From the NCBI GenBank assembly GCA_963422265.1, contig OY729416.1, positions 576,001-640,000 of the forward strand: a stretch of DNA of 64,000 nucleotides, written 5' to 3'. Positions 10,265 through 20,822 of the stretch are shown here, piece by piece. A program made the position numbers and the translations under genes. This DNA comes from Thermodesulfobacteriota bacterium (GTDB lineage: Bacteria; Desulfobacterota_D; UBA1144; Nemesobacterales; UBA2774). The notes beneath the pieces were generated by a model. The model did not search any database, was not told the origin of the DNA, and saw only the letters and a program-made list of their open reading frames with translations. The first letter of the stretch is position 1. Every line of letters begins with the position of its first letter.

Positions 10265-10921
10265 TTAAAAGTCTATTATTTCAAGAGTGTCGATTTTATT
10301 GCTCACTTCTAAATAGGCATAGCGCCCGGTGCCAAGCGGTCCAGGGTTGACAATTTTTGTCTTTCCAATTTCATCTATGCCTGCCGCTTCATGTATATGC
10401 CCGGTGAAACAGACAAGTGGCTGCACCTTTTGAATAAATTCTCTCACGCTTTTGCTTCCGACATGTGATCCGTTCGTAAGCGTGTCATTTAACGTAAGAT
10501 AGGGGGGTTGATGGCAAACCATAACCTGTGGACAGTGTAAATTAGATGATTCAATCGAGAGCTTTAGAACATTTGCGTAGTCATCTTCTTCATAAACGTT
10601 GGGTGTAGGACTAGGGCATGGGAGAGAGCCGCCAGCCCCGAAAAATAATACCCCGCTTACTTTAACCGATCTTCCATGTAGATTGATATTTTCGCCGTCT
10701 AGGTAGTTATCCACTTCTTTGGTATCACAATTGCCGGTTACAGCTAACACGTTGACGTTATATTTCTTTATAGACTCAATTAATTCAAATGCTTCCTTTT
10801 GCCCTCCAAAGTTGGTCAGATCACCCGCAATGACCACAAGGTCAGAAGAAGATAAGGCGTCCCCTATCTTGTCAACTGGAGCAAAGTTCCCATGAGTATC
10901 CACTATGTTTACTATTTTCAC
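10265..10921 (-). CDS. Calcineurin-like metallophosphoesterase
   Basis: DTHG, AGDLT, GNCD, HQPP, GHIHE. Confidence 0.9.
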   Translation of the reverse strand: MKIVNIVDTHGNFAPVDKIGDALSSSDLVVIAGDLTNFGGQKEAFELIESIKKYNVNVLAVTGNCDTKEVDNYLDGENINLHGRSVKVSGVLFFGAGGSLPCPSPTPNVYEEDDYANVLKLSIESSNLHCPQVMVCHQPPYLTLNDTLTNGSHVGSKSVREFIQKVQPLVCFTGHIHEAAGIDEIGKTKIVNPGPLGTGRYAYLEVSNKIDTLEIIDF

Positions 10922-11007
10922 GTAAATCTATCCTCTATTACACTCGATAAACGCTATACCGAGCATTGCATTTAAATATAAATGGTTTCTGGTTATAATC
11001 AAACTCT

Positions 11008-12033
11008 ATGATGAATATAGATCTTCTTAAAATACTATGCGAAACTGCAGCTCTTCCCGGAGTTGAGTATCCTGTCAAAGAAATAATAAAGAACGAATTT
11101 GGCAAACTTACGAGTGAAATAACTGAAGATGCTTTAGGTAACGTCGTCGCTCATATATCGGGTGATGGCCCAAAACTAGTCCTTGACGCCCACATGGATG
11201 AAGTAGGCTTCATGGTAAACTATATAGATTCAAGGGGCTTCTTACGATTGACCCCACTAGGAGGTATGGACCCTAGGGTGTTTTACGGGCAGAGGGTAGT
11301 TATTTGGGGTAAAGAGCGTTTGGTAGGAATGGTGGCAGCTATGCCTCCTCATATAAGTAAGAATACAAATAATAAAGAAGTACCGGAAGTAGAAGATTGC
11401 ATAGTAGATATGGGACTTTCAGAGGATAAGGTTCATAGGCTAATTAGTGTAGGTGACGTGGCATCTTTTTATCCACCATTCGAGGAGACCGAGGATGCCA
11501 TTATATCTAAAGCTATAGATGACAGGGTAGGACTTTTCGTTATCTTAGAAGCACTTAAGAGGAAACCTAAGCTCAAATGCGATCTATACCTTACAGCGAC
11601 TGTGCAAGAAGAGATTGGACTGAGGGGCGCAAGGGTAATAGTTCCCGTTTATGAACCTGATTTTGTAATTGCCCTTGAGGGAACGGTAGCGATGGACTTA
11701 CCAGGCGTTGCCGAGAATAAAACTTTAGCAAACTTAGGCAAGGGACCTGAGATTAGGCTTTCGGACAGGTTTATTGTCGCCCATAGACCTTTTAGCTATT
11801 TTATAATGGATATTGCGGCAAAGAACGATATCCCCTATCAGGTAACTGTAAAAAAGGCAGGTAGTACAAACGCCACGGCAATGCAGGTTACAGGAAAAGG
11901 AAGCCGTGCGGCTATAGTGTCAGTTCCCGTGCGTTACCTACACAGCCCTAGTTGCCTTGCGTATAAAGCAGATATTGAAGAAACAATAAAACTAATTTAT
12001 TATATTCTAGAGGATATAAGGCTTCCCTTGTAA
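11008..12033 (+). CDS. M42 family aminopeptidase
   Basis: AHMDEVG, KAIDDRVG, TVQEEIGLRGA, RYLHSP. Confidence 0.92.
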   Translation: MMNIDLLKILCETAALPGVEYPVKEIIKNEFGKLTSEITEDALGNVVAHISGDGPKLVLDAHMDEVGFMVNYIDSRGFLRLTPLGGMDPRVFYGQRVVIWGKERLVGMVAAMPPHISKNTNNKEVPEVEDCIVDMGLSEDKVHRLISVGDVASFYPPFEETEDAIISKAIDDRVGLFVILEALKRKPKLKCDLYLTATVQEEIGLRGARVIVPVYEPDFVIALEGTVAMDLPGVAENKTLANLGKGPEIRLSDRFIVAHRPFSYFIMDIAAKNDIPYQVTVKKAGSTNATAMQVTGKGSRAAIVSVPVRYLHSPSCLAYKADIEETIKLIYYILEDIRLPL

Positions 12034-12089
12034 GATACGCGGTTGCCAAATATAAGAAGCAGTAGAGAGCCATTTACATTAAGAGAGCG

Positions 12090-12446
12090 ATGTATATAAA
12101 TGATTTATTAAAAGCATTTGAAAAGGCTTTAGCTAATTACGCCGAGCTCAGTACCGATGCAGCACTAAAGGATGAATTTAGACGTTCTATAGAGGGTAGG
12201 AAATACGATCTTCAAGACGAAGCACTAATAGAAGCTATTCTAAGGGATGATGAGAGTGAACTTACAGATTCTTTTACTAGTGCTTTCAATAATTTGCTTG
12301 ATAAGTTAGAAGCAACTAGCAGAGATGAATTCTTAAAAAGTAAAGGTGCTAGAAAGGAGGCGATACGTATTTATTTCGCCTCCTTAGAAAATCTGATTAC
12401 TTTGTATTATAACGGCCTCATTGGTAGACACTTTTCAGCCGCTTAA
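12090..12446 (+). CDS. Hypothetical protein (118 aa, helical)
   Basis: ORF downstream of and co-oriented with the M42 peptidase. Confidence 0.6.
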   Translation: MYINDLLKAFEKALANYAELSTDAALKDEFRRSIEGRKYDLQDEALIEAILRDDESELTDSFTSAFNNLLDKLEATSRDEFLKSKGARKEAIRIYFASLENLITLYYNGLIGRHFSAA

Positions 12447-12546
12447 ATAAAGATAAAGCATAAAAGTTAGGCGGTTCTAAGCAAATTAGGGCTTTTAGCA
12501 ACTAACTTCCATATGTCCCTTTTAGAGCGCATAATACCTGAGGTTG

Positions 12547-13848
12547 TTACTTTCTATCGTCTATCGTAACGTAATTTCTGTTCTTATATCCAAGGTAAAC
12601 CTGTCTTGGACGAGCTATCCTATTTTCGGGATCGTTCAGAAGCTCTTTCCACTGAGCAAGCCACCCCGATGTGCGGGCTATAGCGAAAAGTACCGTGAAC
12701 ATCTCGACTGGTATGCCCATGCTTTGATAGATGAGACCCGAGTAGAAATCAACGTTTGGGTAAAGTCTCCTCTTAACAAAATAGTCATCTTCAAGGGCAA
12801 TCCTCTCAAGTTCAAGGGCAAGCTCAAGGAGTGGGTTCGTCCCAGTCACTTCAAACACGTCGTGCGCAATCTCTTTGATTATCTTGGCTCTAGGGTCATA
12901 GGACTTATATACCCTATGGCCAAACCCCATGAGTCTAAATTCTCCTTCCTTGGCACGTTTGATGTACTCAGGGATTTTATCTTTTGAGCCAATGGTCTTT
13001 AGCATTTCTAAGACCCCCTCATTAGCACCTCCATGAAGTGGCCCATATAGGGCTGCTATTGCGGCGGCAGTAGCCGAGTAGGGGTCTGGATTAGAGCTCC
13101 CTACGTTACGCATTGCGCTCGCACTACAATTCTGTTCGTGATCCGCATGAAGTATAAGAAGCACGTCTATAGCTTTTTCAATCGCTTTGTTAGGCTTATA
13201 CTTTAGTTCAGTCATTTTGAACATCATATTAAGGAAGTTGCCTGCATAGCTGAGATCGTTATCCGGGTAAACGTAAGGCTGACCCATTGCGTGACGATAA
13301 GCAAAAGCAGCTATTGTAGGCATCTTGGCAATTAAACGATGAACTTGTATATCTCTTACCTCTTTGTTAAAAATATCCTTCGCTTCGGGATAAAAAGTTG
13401 ACAGGGCTCCTACAGTTCCAAGAAGCATGCCCATCGGATGTGCATTGTACCTGAACCCATCCATAAATTTCTTTATATTCTCATGTATTATGGTGTGGTG
13501 CGTTATGTTATATCCAAATCGTTCAAATTCCTCTTTTGTCGGAAGCTCACCATTAAGAAGTAGATAGGCAACCTCTAAATAGTTACTCTCTTCGGCAAGA
13601 ACCTCTATTGGATAGCCCCTGTACATGAGCTGTCCCTTATCGCCGTCAATAAAAGTTACCCTGCTAGTACACGAAGCCGTGTTGCTATAAGCAGGATCGT
13701 AACTCATCATACCAAAGTCGTCATTATTGACTTTTATTTGACGCAGGTCCATAGCCCTTATAGTGTCATTTTGTATAGGAATTTCATATTCTTTCCCCGT
13801 CCTATTATCTGTAATGGTTAAGTTATCTTTAACTTGTGATTTAGCCAC
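12547..13848 (-). CDS. gltA: Citrate synthase
   Basis: LHADHEQN, GPLHGGANE, LMGFGHRVYK, YPNVDFYSG. Confidence 0.97.
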   Translation of the reverse strand: MAKSQVKDNLTITDNRTGKEYEIPIQNDTIRAMDLRQIKVNNDDFGMMSYDPAYSNTASCTSRVTFIDGDKGQLMYRGYPIEVLAEESNYLEVAYLLLNGELPTKEEFERFGYNITHHTIIHENIKKFMDGFRYNAHPMGMLLGTVGALSTFYPEAKDIFNKEVRDIQVHRLIAKMPTIAAFAYRHAMGQPYVYPDNDLSYAGNFLNMMFKMTELKYKPNKAIEKAIDVLLILHADHEQNCSASAMRNVGSSNPDPYSATAAAIAALYGPLHGGANEGVLEMLKTIGSKDKIPEYIKRAKEGEFRLMGFGHRVYKSYDPRAKIIKEIAHDVFEVTGTNPLLELALELERIALEDDYFVKRRLYPNVDFYSGLIYQSMGIPVEMFTVLFAIARTSGWLAQWKELLNDPENRIARPRQVYLGYKNRNYVTIDDRK

Positions 13849-14002
13849 GATATTTCTCCTCCTTATATCCTTATACGCTATACGCTTTTATCTCTAACTT
13901 AATTTATATTTGCTATTTGGCCTTTAGATTATCAATTTTGTTTAATTACGCGCAGTAAAATATTAGGTTCACTTTTTTACTTTACCCGAACCTTCAATTT
14001 TT

Positions 14003-14908
14003 TCAAATGAGTTTTATCGGAACGGGTGAAAAGCACCCTATGAATATCAACAACGAGGAAAGCCCTATAATTTTTCTCTTGCTGTCAAGCCCGTTCTCTT
14101 CATGTATAGTTGGAGGGTGGCGCGTTCCCATTAGCGTGAGAAGAATTGCCCATACAAACCATCCTGGCCATCCTTCAAAGATCGGAATATACTTTGTGAA
14201 CCAAGGTATTCCACTTATCAAATAATTATTGTGGAACTCAATCAAACGCTCGGTGCCAAGACCTAATATGATTAACAGCCCAATCATTGACATGGAGGTA
14301 TATTTATGAAACTTGCGTGAAAAAAGCGAATAAATTAAATGTCCTCCGTCAAGCTGTCCCGAGGGTATAAGGTTGAGTGCCGTTATAAAAAGCCCTATCC
14401 ACCCTGCAAAAGCTATCGGGTGTAGAAACAGATCATAGCCATCTGGTATTTCACCAAAAAATGATTCAGTTATGAGCGAAAAAACGAGAGAAGCACCCAA
14501 GAAGAGTCCCCCTTCGCTTTGTTGTTCCGATAGATTAACTAATTTAGACATTTTAATGCCTAGAATGAGCACAGGTATAGTAGCCACTAATCCTGCGATG
14601 GGACCAGCTATTCCGATGTCGAATAAAGCCTTTTTTGTAGATATAGGGGATCTTATCTTTATGAAGGCGCCAAAAGTGCCTATTGGCGATATAAAAGGTG
14701 GTGCTGGTATGAAGTAAGGTGGGGTAATGGAAATCCCATATTTTCTTCCATAATAGTAATGCCCCATCTCATGTGAGCCGAGGATGAATAAAAGGGCTAA
14801 CGAAAAGGAAATGGCGTCTGACACGGAACCGCTAAAAGAATAGCCTGTTGTGAACGTTGTAGCAACAGTTAATAAAAAGAGGATTATATGGATTCTTTTA
14901 ACCTGCAT
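14003..14908 (-). CDS. Site-2 protease (M50) family membrane metalloprotease
   Basis: HEMGH zinc motif, IAGP, NLIPSGQLDGGH. Confidence 0.92.
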   Translation of the reverse strand: MQVKRIHIILFLLTVATTFTTGYSFSGSVSDAISFSLALLFILGSHEMGHYYYGRKYGISITPPYFIPAPPFISPIGTFGAFIKIRSPISTKKALFDIGIAGPIAGLVATIPVLILGIKMSKLVNLSEQQSEGGLFLGASLVFSLITESFFGEIPDGYDLFLHPIAFAGWIGLFITALNLIPSGQLDGGHLIYSLFSRKFHKYTSMSMIGLLIILGLGTERLIEFHNNYLISGIPWFTKYIPIFEGWPGWFVWAILLTLMGTRHPPTIHEENGLDSKRKIIGLSSLLIFIGCFSPVPIKLI

Positions 14909-14966
14909 GCACTACTTAAAATACCCAAATAGCTCATAATTCAAAGTAGGTTTTTAGTTATTCTGG

Positions 14967-17273
14967 TTATCCTATTTCGACAAGTGCAGTATCTATAGAT
15001 TCAAGAATATCTAATAAATATCTCTTGATTTCCGATTCCCTATTCATATTCAATATTGTATGCTTTATTTCGTTAAGCATAAATCTGTCCACGCGCCTGC
15101 ATAAAAATCGAATAACTGGCACGCTAGAAGGCGACACGCTGAGATGATCATAGCCAAGTGAGAGTAGTTCTAACGCCCCAGCCGGCGTGCCAGCCAGCTC
15201 TCCGCAAACCGAGACTTCGATATTAGTAAACTTTGTTTTTGAATATGCGTGATTAAGCACTCTAATTACCGCGGGATGGAACCCCGAATATAGATGCCCT
15301 ATTGTGGTTGAGTTTCTATCAACGGCTAGAATATACTGAATTAAATCGTTTGTTCCGATAGATATAAAGTCGATTACGTCTTTGTAATCATCTAGTTGGT
15401 ACAGAACGGCGGGAACCTCCATCATAATCCCGAGTGGAGGAAGGTCAACTCTTGACATCCCCACCTCATTCCCAAGCTGCTCTATGATCTCTTTTGCCGT
15501 TTCTACCTCCCAAAGATTAGTTATCATAGGAAGAAGTATTCTAAAACGGTATCCTTTCTTCATAGTAAGTAGTATTGCTTTTATCTGGTCCTTGAATAGA
15601 TCAAGGTTCTCCATTGAAAAACGTATAGACCTTAAGCCAAGAAGCGGGTTATCTTCTTTAGGAAAGTCAAAGTAAGGGAGGAGCTTATCGGCTCCTATAT
15701 CAAGAGTTCTTATAGTTATGTAGCCTTCGTTAAAATCCATTGCGATCTCTTTGTAAATTTTGACCTGTTCCCTGACTCTGGGCCACCTATCATAATGAGC
15801 AAAAGAAAACTCAGTGCGAAAGAGTCCAACGTCCTTTACTTTATACTGCTTAGCCATTTGGGAGTCTATAGGAAAGCCTATATTAGCGCTGAGCTTGGTT
15901 TCCAATCCTTTATTAATCCTTTTGTCTTTGTCTCCCTTTTCTATGGCTTCTCTTATGTTAATAGTCTTGTTGTAAGTGCTTTGATACTCTCTGATTAACG
16001 TCTCGTCCGGATTACTGAACACAAAACCCGTCTTGCCGTCAACGATCAGTCTATCGCCAGATTTAAGAGTATTACTAGCGTTTTCAATCCCCACAACGGC
16101 AGGTATGCCAAGAGACTTGGCTATAATTACAGCATGAGAGGTCTCTCCGCCCTTTTCTATGATCACGCCTGAGATCTTGTTCCTAAAGAGCATAGATATA
16201 AATGACGGACCTATATCGTAAGCGACGAGAATCGAGCCTTCCACGGGCTCGACCGTGGACTTGCGTCCTTTGTTAAGCTTGATGAGATGATGGAGAATCC
16301 TCTCTCCAATATCGCGGAAGTCTTGGGCTTTCTCTCTTAAATAATGGTCGTTTAACTGCTCAAATTGAGAGGCTATTGATTCTATCACCTCAACTACTAA
16401 AACTTCTGCCGGCACTTTCTTTTCGTTTAGTTTTTCAAGTATTGTATTTCTTAGGGTAGATCCCTGAATTATTAGTAGGTGCACCCTGAATATATCTATC
16501 TCGGCTTTCGTAAGGATCGCTCCTGTATCAAGGGTCTCAATTAAACCCTTTAGGTCATTTTCCACGCTTGATAGAGCCCTTTCTATTCTTTGCTTCTCAG
16601 CACCGGGTTTCACTACACGGTATTCATCTGCTGTTATTTGTTGGAAAAGCCCTTTGAATAGAAAGGCATTTCCGGTCGCAATACCGCTTGACACCCCTTT
16701 ACCCTGATACGTTTTGGTTTTATGTTTGGTAATAGATGGGGTTTTTAGTCGCTCGAGTCTATCAGCGACTTCTAAAAGACCTGCCAAGCGCGACGCTATA
16801 ATCTGAAATAGGGTTTCTTCAGCCGGGTTAATTAGTATTTTTTCTTTCGTTTGTCCTACAAGGACACCTATGCACCTATTTTGAAGGAGAATTGGAACTC
16901 CTATGTAACTTTCATATTCTTCTTCTCCTATCTCCGGGACATATTTGTACCGTTCGTGTTTTGATGCAGGCATTACCGTAATTGGCCTTGAGGTTTGATA
17001 GACGAGCCCTGTAAGTCCTTCACTGGGATCTAAGTTAATTGGAGTTCTTTGAGGATCTACGTTTAGTCCTTTTGTTGACCTTAACGCCAGCACGTTTCTT
17101 TTCCTATCCAGGATATACACCGAGACAACGTCTAAGCCGAGAGAATCTGCAATTTTACTCACGACCTTTTTGAGAATAGTGTTTAGCCCAGTAGAAGTAT
17201 TAACTAGGTCACTTATCTCCTGAACGATCTTCAGGTGAAAATCCGCTCTGTCGGCTAATTTATTTACCCTCAT
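14967..17273 (-). CDS. ptsP: GAF-domain PEP-protein phosphotransferase (EI-Ntr type)
   Basis: N-terminal GAF; GETSHAVI phospho-His; GLFRTEF, RTLDIGADK, SIGTNDLIQY, CGELAG. Confidence 0.92.
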   Translation of the reverse strand: MRVNKLADRADFHLKIVQEISDLVNTSTGLNTILKKVVSKIADSLGLDVVSVYILDRKRNVLALRSTKGLNVDPQRTPINLDPSEGLTGLVYQTSRPITVMPASKHERYKYVPEIGEEEYESYIGVPILLQNRCIGVLVGQTKEKILINPAEETLFQIIASRLAGLLEVADRLERLKTPSITKHKTKTYQGKGVSSGIATGNAFLFKGLFQQITADEYRVVKPGAEKQRIERALSSVENDLKGLIETLDTGAILTKAEIDIFRVHLLIIQGSTLRNTILEKLNEKKVPAEVLVVEVIESIASQFEQLNDHYLREKAQDFRDIGERILHHLIKLNKGRKSTVEPVEGSILVAYDIGPSFISMLFRNKISGVIIEKGGETSHAVIIAKSLGIPAVVGIENASNTLKSGDRLIVDGKTGFVFSNPDETLIREYQSTYNKTINIREAIEKGDKDKRINKGLETKLSANIGFPIDSQMAKQYKVKDVGLFRTEFSFAHYDRWPRVREQVKIYKEIAMDFNEGYITIRTLDIGADKLLPYFDFPKEDNPLLGLRSIRFSMENLDLFKDQIKAILLTMKKGYRFRILLPMITNLWEVETAKEIIEQLGNEVGMSRVDLPPLGIMMEVPAVLYQLDDYKDVIDFISIGTNDLIQYILAVDRNSTTIGHLYSGFHPAVIRVLNHAYSKTKFTNIEVSVCGELAGTPAGALELLSLGYDHLSVSPSSVPVIRFLCRRVDRFMLNEIKHTILNMNRESEIKRYLLDILESIDTALVEIG

Positions 17274-17324
17274 ATTGGAAAACCGAGACCAGGCTTATAC
17301 AATCTGGACTCATTCTGCCTATAC

Positions 17325-17453
17325 CTAGTTTAGATGACTAGCTCGTATCTTCTTAATACCATAGCGCGGGAAAGAGACCGAAACATTGACCTCGTCTCCC
17401 GTTCCTTCCACCTTCTGCACAGTCCCTTGACCAAATTGTTCATGACTCACCTT
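17325..17453 (-). pseudogene. Isolated UvrD/PcrA C-terminal Tudor-like domain, out of frame with the rmuC 3' end
   Basis: KVSHEQFGQGTVQKVEGTGDEVNVSVSFPRYGIKKI matches the V.H..FG.G.V..VEG.G......V.F...G.K pattern of the UvrD/PcrA CTD. Confidence 0.7.
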
Positions 17454-19110
17454 TATAATGCTGGACGTTCTTATCGGTGTTTGCACCTCTATGTGATTTC
17501 TTCGGTCTATTAATTTCTCCTTTATTAATGTCCCCAAGTCCCATCGGGGATTGGGAGCTGTCCTCTATGTCATCTTTCATATCGGTTACATCTACATCGA
17601 TATAATCAAGCTCTAGCAACTTTGCTGATTTATCCGTCGTTAGCTCCTCCACGGACTGCAGTTTCCTTTTCATTTGCCTTGTCCGCACACTAGTTTGCTC
17701 TATTGTGTTGGAAGCCGTTTCAAGCTGCTTTTTGAGCTTCGACAGAACGTCGCCAAATTTGTTAAACTCAGTCTTCACCGCTGAAAGAATATTCCATACC
17801 TCGCTGGAACGTTTTTCAATAGCCAACGTCCTAAAACCCATTCGTAGACTATTTAAGATAGCAGAAAGCGTGGTAGGACCAGCTACAACAACTCTGTATT
17901 GAATTTGCAGATCCTCTACCATGCCCGGTTGTCTCAGCACCTCTGAATACAGCCCTTCCGTGGGTAAAAACATTATAGCGAAATCAGTTGTATGCGGTGG
18001 GTCTATATACTTATTTGCAATATCTTTAGCAGAACTTTGTATATTGCGCACTAGTGATGCCGTTGACTTCTCAACGGCGTCGGAGTTCGCTGCTTCTGAC
18101 GCGTCTATTAACCTTTGGTAGTCCGCCTGAGGAAATTTGGAATCTATAGGTAGATAGACTCTTGATGAATTATCCTGACCTGGTAGTAGGATTGCATACT
18201 CCACTGTTTCGCTAGACCCCGATTTTGGTTGAATATTTTTCCTAAATTGATCTGGGGTTAACAGTTGTTCTAGGATATCTCCTAGTTGATACTCTCCCCA
18301 CGTGCCACGTGCTTTTACGTTAGTCAACATTCGTTTGAGATCACCAACTCCGGTAGCAAGACTTTGCATATCTCCCAAACCTTGTTGAACGGCTTCAAGC
18401 CTTTCACTAACCAGCTTGAAGGATTCTCCAAGACGTTTTTCCAGTGTGCTTTGTAGTTTTTCATCGACAGTTTGCCTCATTTGCTCCAGCTTCTTTTCAT
18501 TGTGCCCAAGTAACGACTTCATCTGGCTGTCAACAGTCTCTCGCAACTTGTCCAAACGAACCTCATTAGAATCAACCAGAGACCTAACCCTACCCTCTAC
18601 GGCATCTAATCGCTCTGCAGAGCTTTCCATCTGTGATTTACTCGCTTCACCTATTACTTTGACCACAGTATCAGTAGTTTCTTGTAGTTTTTCATCTACA
18701 GTTTGCCTCATTTGCTCTAGTTTCTTCTCGTTATACTCAAGTAACGACTTCATCTGGCTGTCAACAGTCCCTCGTAACTTGTCCAAACGAACCTCATTAG
18801 AATCAACCAGAGACCTAACCCTACCCTCTACGGCATCTAATCGCTCTGCAGAGCTTTCCATCTGTGATTTACTCGCTTCACCTATTACTTTGACCACAGT
18901 ATCAGTAGTTTCTTTCTGTCCCCTCGTTACTTCCTGCCTAAGCCTTTGTACATCTTCTGCAGCTTCTTTTCGGTTGATCTGGAACTCTCCCCTGACAATT
19001 TCACTTATGGTTTGCTTATCAAGTCCATCCCCTGCTCTTTTCTGAATAGCAATTAAAATTATAGTGAGCAAAATAATGTTGATGACTACTAATATGATTA
19101 TAAATATCAT
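17440..19110 (-). CDS. rmuC: DNA recombination protein RmuC with internal 77-aa duplication
   Basis: TVDEKLQSTLEKRLGESF, KARGTWGE, LPIDSKFP, FAIMFLPTEGLY, GFRTLAIEKRSSEVW. Confidence 0.93.
   Translation of the reverse strand: MIFIIILVVINIILLTIILIAIQKRAGDGLDKQTISEIVRGEFQINRKEAAEDVQRLRQEVTRGQKETTDTVVKVIGEASKSQMESSAERLDAVEGRVRSLVDSNEVRLDKLRGTVDSQMKSLLEYNEKKLEQMRQTVDEKLQETTDTVVKVIGEASKSQMESSAERLDAVEGRVRSLVDSNEVRLDKLRETVDSQMKSLLGHNEKKLEQMRQTVDEKLQSTLEKRLGESFKLVSERLEAVQQGLGDMQSLATGVGDLKRMLTNVKARGTWGEYQLGDILEQLLTPDQFRKNIQPKSGSSETVEYAILLPGQDNSSRVYLPIDSKFPQADYQRLIDASEAANSDAVEKSTASLVRNIQSSAKDIANKYIDPPHTTDFAIMFLPTEGLYSEVLRQPGMVEDLQIQYRVVVAGPTTLSAILNSLRMGFRTLAIEKRSSEVWNILSAVKTEFNKFGDVLSKLKKQLETASNTIEQTSVRTRQMKRKLQSVEELTTDKSAKLLELDYIDVDVTDMKDDIEDSSQSPMGLGDINKGEINRPKKSHRGANTDKNVQHYKGES
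18451..18912. repeat. Tandem 231-bp in-frame duplication within rmuC (18451-18681 / 18682-18912)
   Basis: Two nearly identical copies of ETTDTVVKVI...TVDEKLQ with a few substitutions. Confidence 0.95.
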
Positions 19111-19349
19111 CGCTTTATCCCTTTATCCTCTGTGAACCTGCAGTAAAGCCAATAAACGCAAGGTGGTCAGCCAACATGTATCATGCCTTTATTGGATCAT
19201 ATATATGAGGTTAATTCTGAAACGTGTATAATTCAACCCTTGAAACAATTCATCTTTTCTGATATCAGTTGTCTCTAGTTTTATAAAATATACAACCTTT
19301 TGGATATTAGAGTCCTATAAAGTAAGGAAAGTTGCCAAGAGAATAGAAT

Positions 19350-20792
19350 ATGGTAGAAAGCGCAATTCAGCAAAGACCAATTAGAGTTGCCGTAATAGGT
19401 TCTGGTCCCGCAGGTTTTTACGCGGCTGACCACCTGCTTAAACAGACTGAGTTTGACTGTGAAATAGATATGTTTGATAAGTTGCCGACGCCTCACGGAC
19501 TGGTGCGCTTGGGGGTCGCACCGGATCATCAAAAAATAAAATCTGTAGCTAGAGTCTATGATAAAATCGCTTCAAATCCCAGATTCAGGTTCTTCGGATA
19601 TGTTGAATTCGGCAAACATATAGATATAAGAGACCTGGAACGACACTACCATATAACTATTTTCGCTACGGGTGCGCAAACTGACAGAAAGCTTAATATC
19701 CCCGGTGAGAACTTTAAAGGTAGCCACACAGCTACTGAGTTCGTCGCTTGGTATAATGGCCATCCTGACTATGCGGACATTGAGTTTGACCTATCTCAGG
19801 AAAACGTAGCAATTGTCGGCGTCGGAAACGTAGCCGTTGACGTGGCTAGGATTTTGTGCCGCGGCGAAGAAGAGCTCAAGCAAACGGACATTGCCAATTA
19901 TGCACTTGAGCTTCTTAAGAGAAGTAAAGTTCGCAATGTCTATCTATTGGGTCGCAGGGGACCAGCTCAAGCGGCTTTTACCAATCCAGAAGTGAGGGAA
20001 CTTGGCAAATTAAGCGATGCGCAAGCAATAACCTACGCTGAGGAAATAAAACTTGATGAACATTCACGTAAAGAGATAGAAGAGAACAAACATAACGTGA
20101 CTAGAAAGAAGCTGGACATACTGAAATCTTATTCAGAGTTTCAGAATAAAGGAAGGTCTCGGAGGCTACATATCCGTTTTTTAGTCTCTCCGACGGAGAT
20201 AATTGGCGATGAAGACGGGAACGTAGCTACAATTAGGCTCGTTAAGAATGAACTTCATAAAATGAAGGACGGATCAATCAAACCTAGACCTACAGAAGAA
20301 TATGAGGAGATTAAGGTTGGGTTGGTTTTCAGATCAATTGGCTACCAAGGGGTTTCTCTTCCCGGCGTTCCCTTTGATGTAAAGCGGGGGGTTATTCATA
20401 ATGAAAAAGGGCGCATAGTTGATCCCGATTCAGGCAACGCCGTGCCCGGTTTATATGCGACGGGATGGATTAAGAGAGGTTCTACGGGGGTTATAGGAAC
20501 AAATAAGCAAGATTCACGTGAGACTGTAGATTATATAATCCTAGACGTAAAGAAGGGACTTACTCTAAATCCTGTCCAAGCGGAAAGAAGACGGGTGGAA
20601 GAACTCATTAGTGAAAGGCAGCCTGATTATTTAACTTACGAAGATTGGCTTCGTCTTGACGAAATGGAGAAAGAGAGAGGTAAAGAGCAAGGGCGTCCAC
20701 GCATTAAATACACTAGAATAGACGAAATGCTCGAAGCACTGAGGAATGAAAAGATGGACGTTGATGGCATTGCTGCTAACAATATCAAATAA
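19350..20792 (+). CDS. Ferredoxin-NADP+ reductase (FprA/adrenodoxin reductase type)
   Basis: VIGSGPAGFY, GVAPDH, FVAWYNGHP, GVGNVAVDVAR, GWIKRG.TGVIGTNK. Confidence 0.92.
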   Translation: MVESAIQQRPIRVAVIGSGPAGFYAADHLLKQTEFDCEIDMFDKLPTPHGLVRLGVAPDHQKIKSVARVYDKIASNPRFRFFGYVEFGKHIDIRDLERHYHITIFATGAQTDRKLNIPGENFKGSHTATEFVAWYNGHPDYADIEFDLSQENVAIVGVGNVAVDVARILCRGEEELKQTDIANYALELLKRSKVRNVYLLGRRGPAQAAFTNPEVRELGKLSDAQAITYAEEIKLDEHSRKEIEENKHNVTRKKLDILKSYSEFQNKGRSRRLHIRFLVSPTEIIGDEDGNVATIRLVKNELHKMKDGSIKPRPTEEYEEIKVGLVFRSIGYQGVSLPGVPFDVKRGVIHNEKGRIVDPDSGNAVPGLYATGWIKRGSTGVIGTNKQDSRETVDYIILDVKKGLTLNPVQAERRRVEELISERQPDYLTYEDWLRLDEMEKERGKEQGRPRIKYTRIDEMLEALRNEKMDVDGIAANNIK

Positions 20793-20822
20793 GAACTTCC
20801 ATGCCTTGAACCCTTACTAAGT

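Noticed and set aside
9162-17273. Functional link between the SixA-like phosphatase and PtsP
   Set aside because: They are over 5 kb apart in separate transcription units, with no NPr/EIIA genes in the window.
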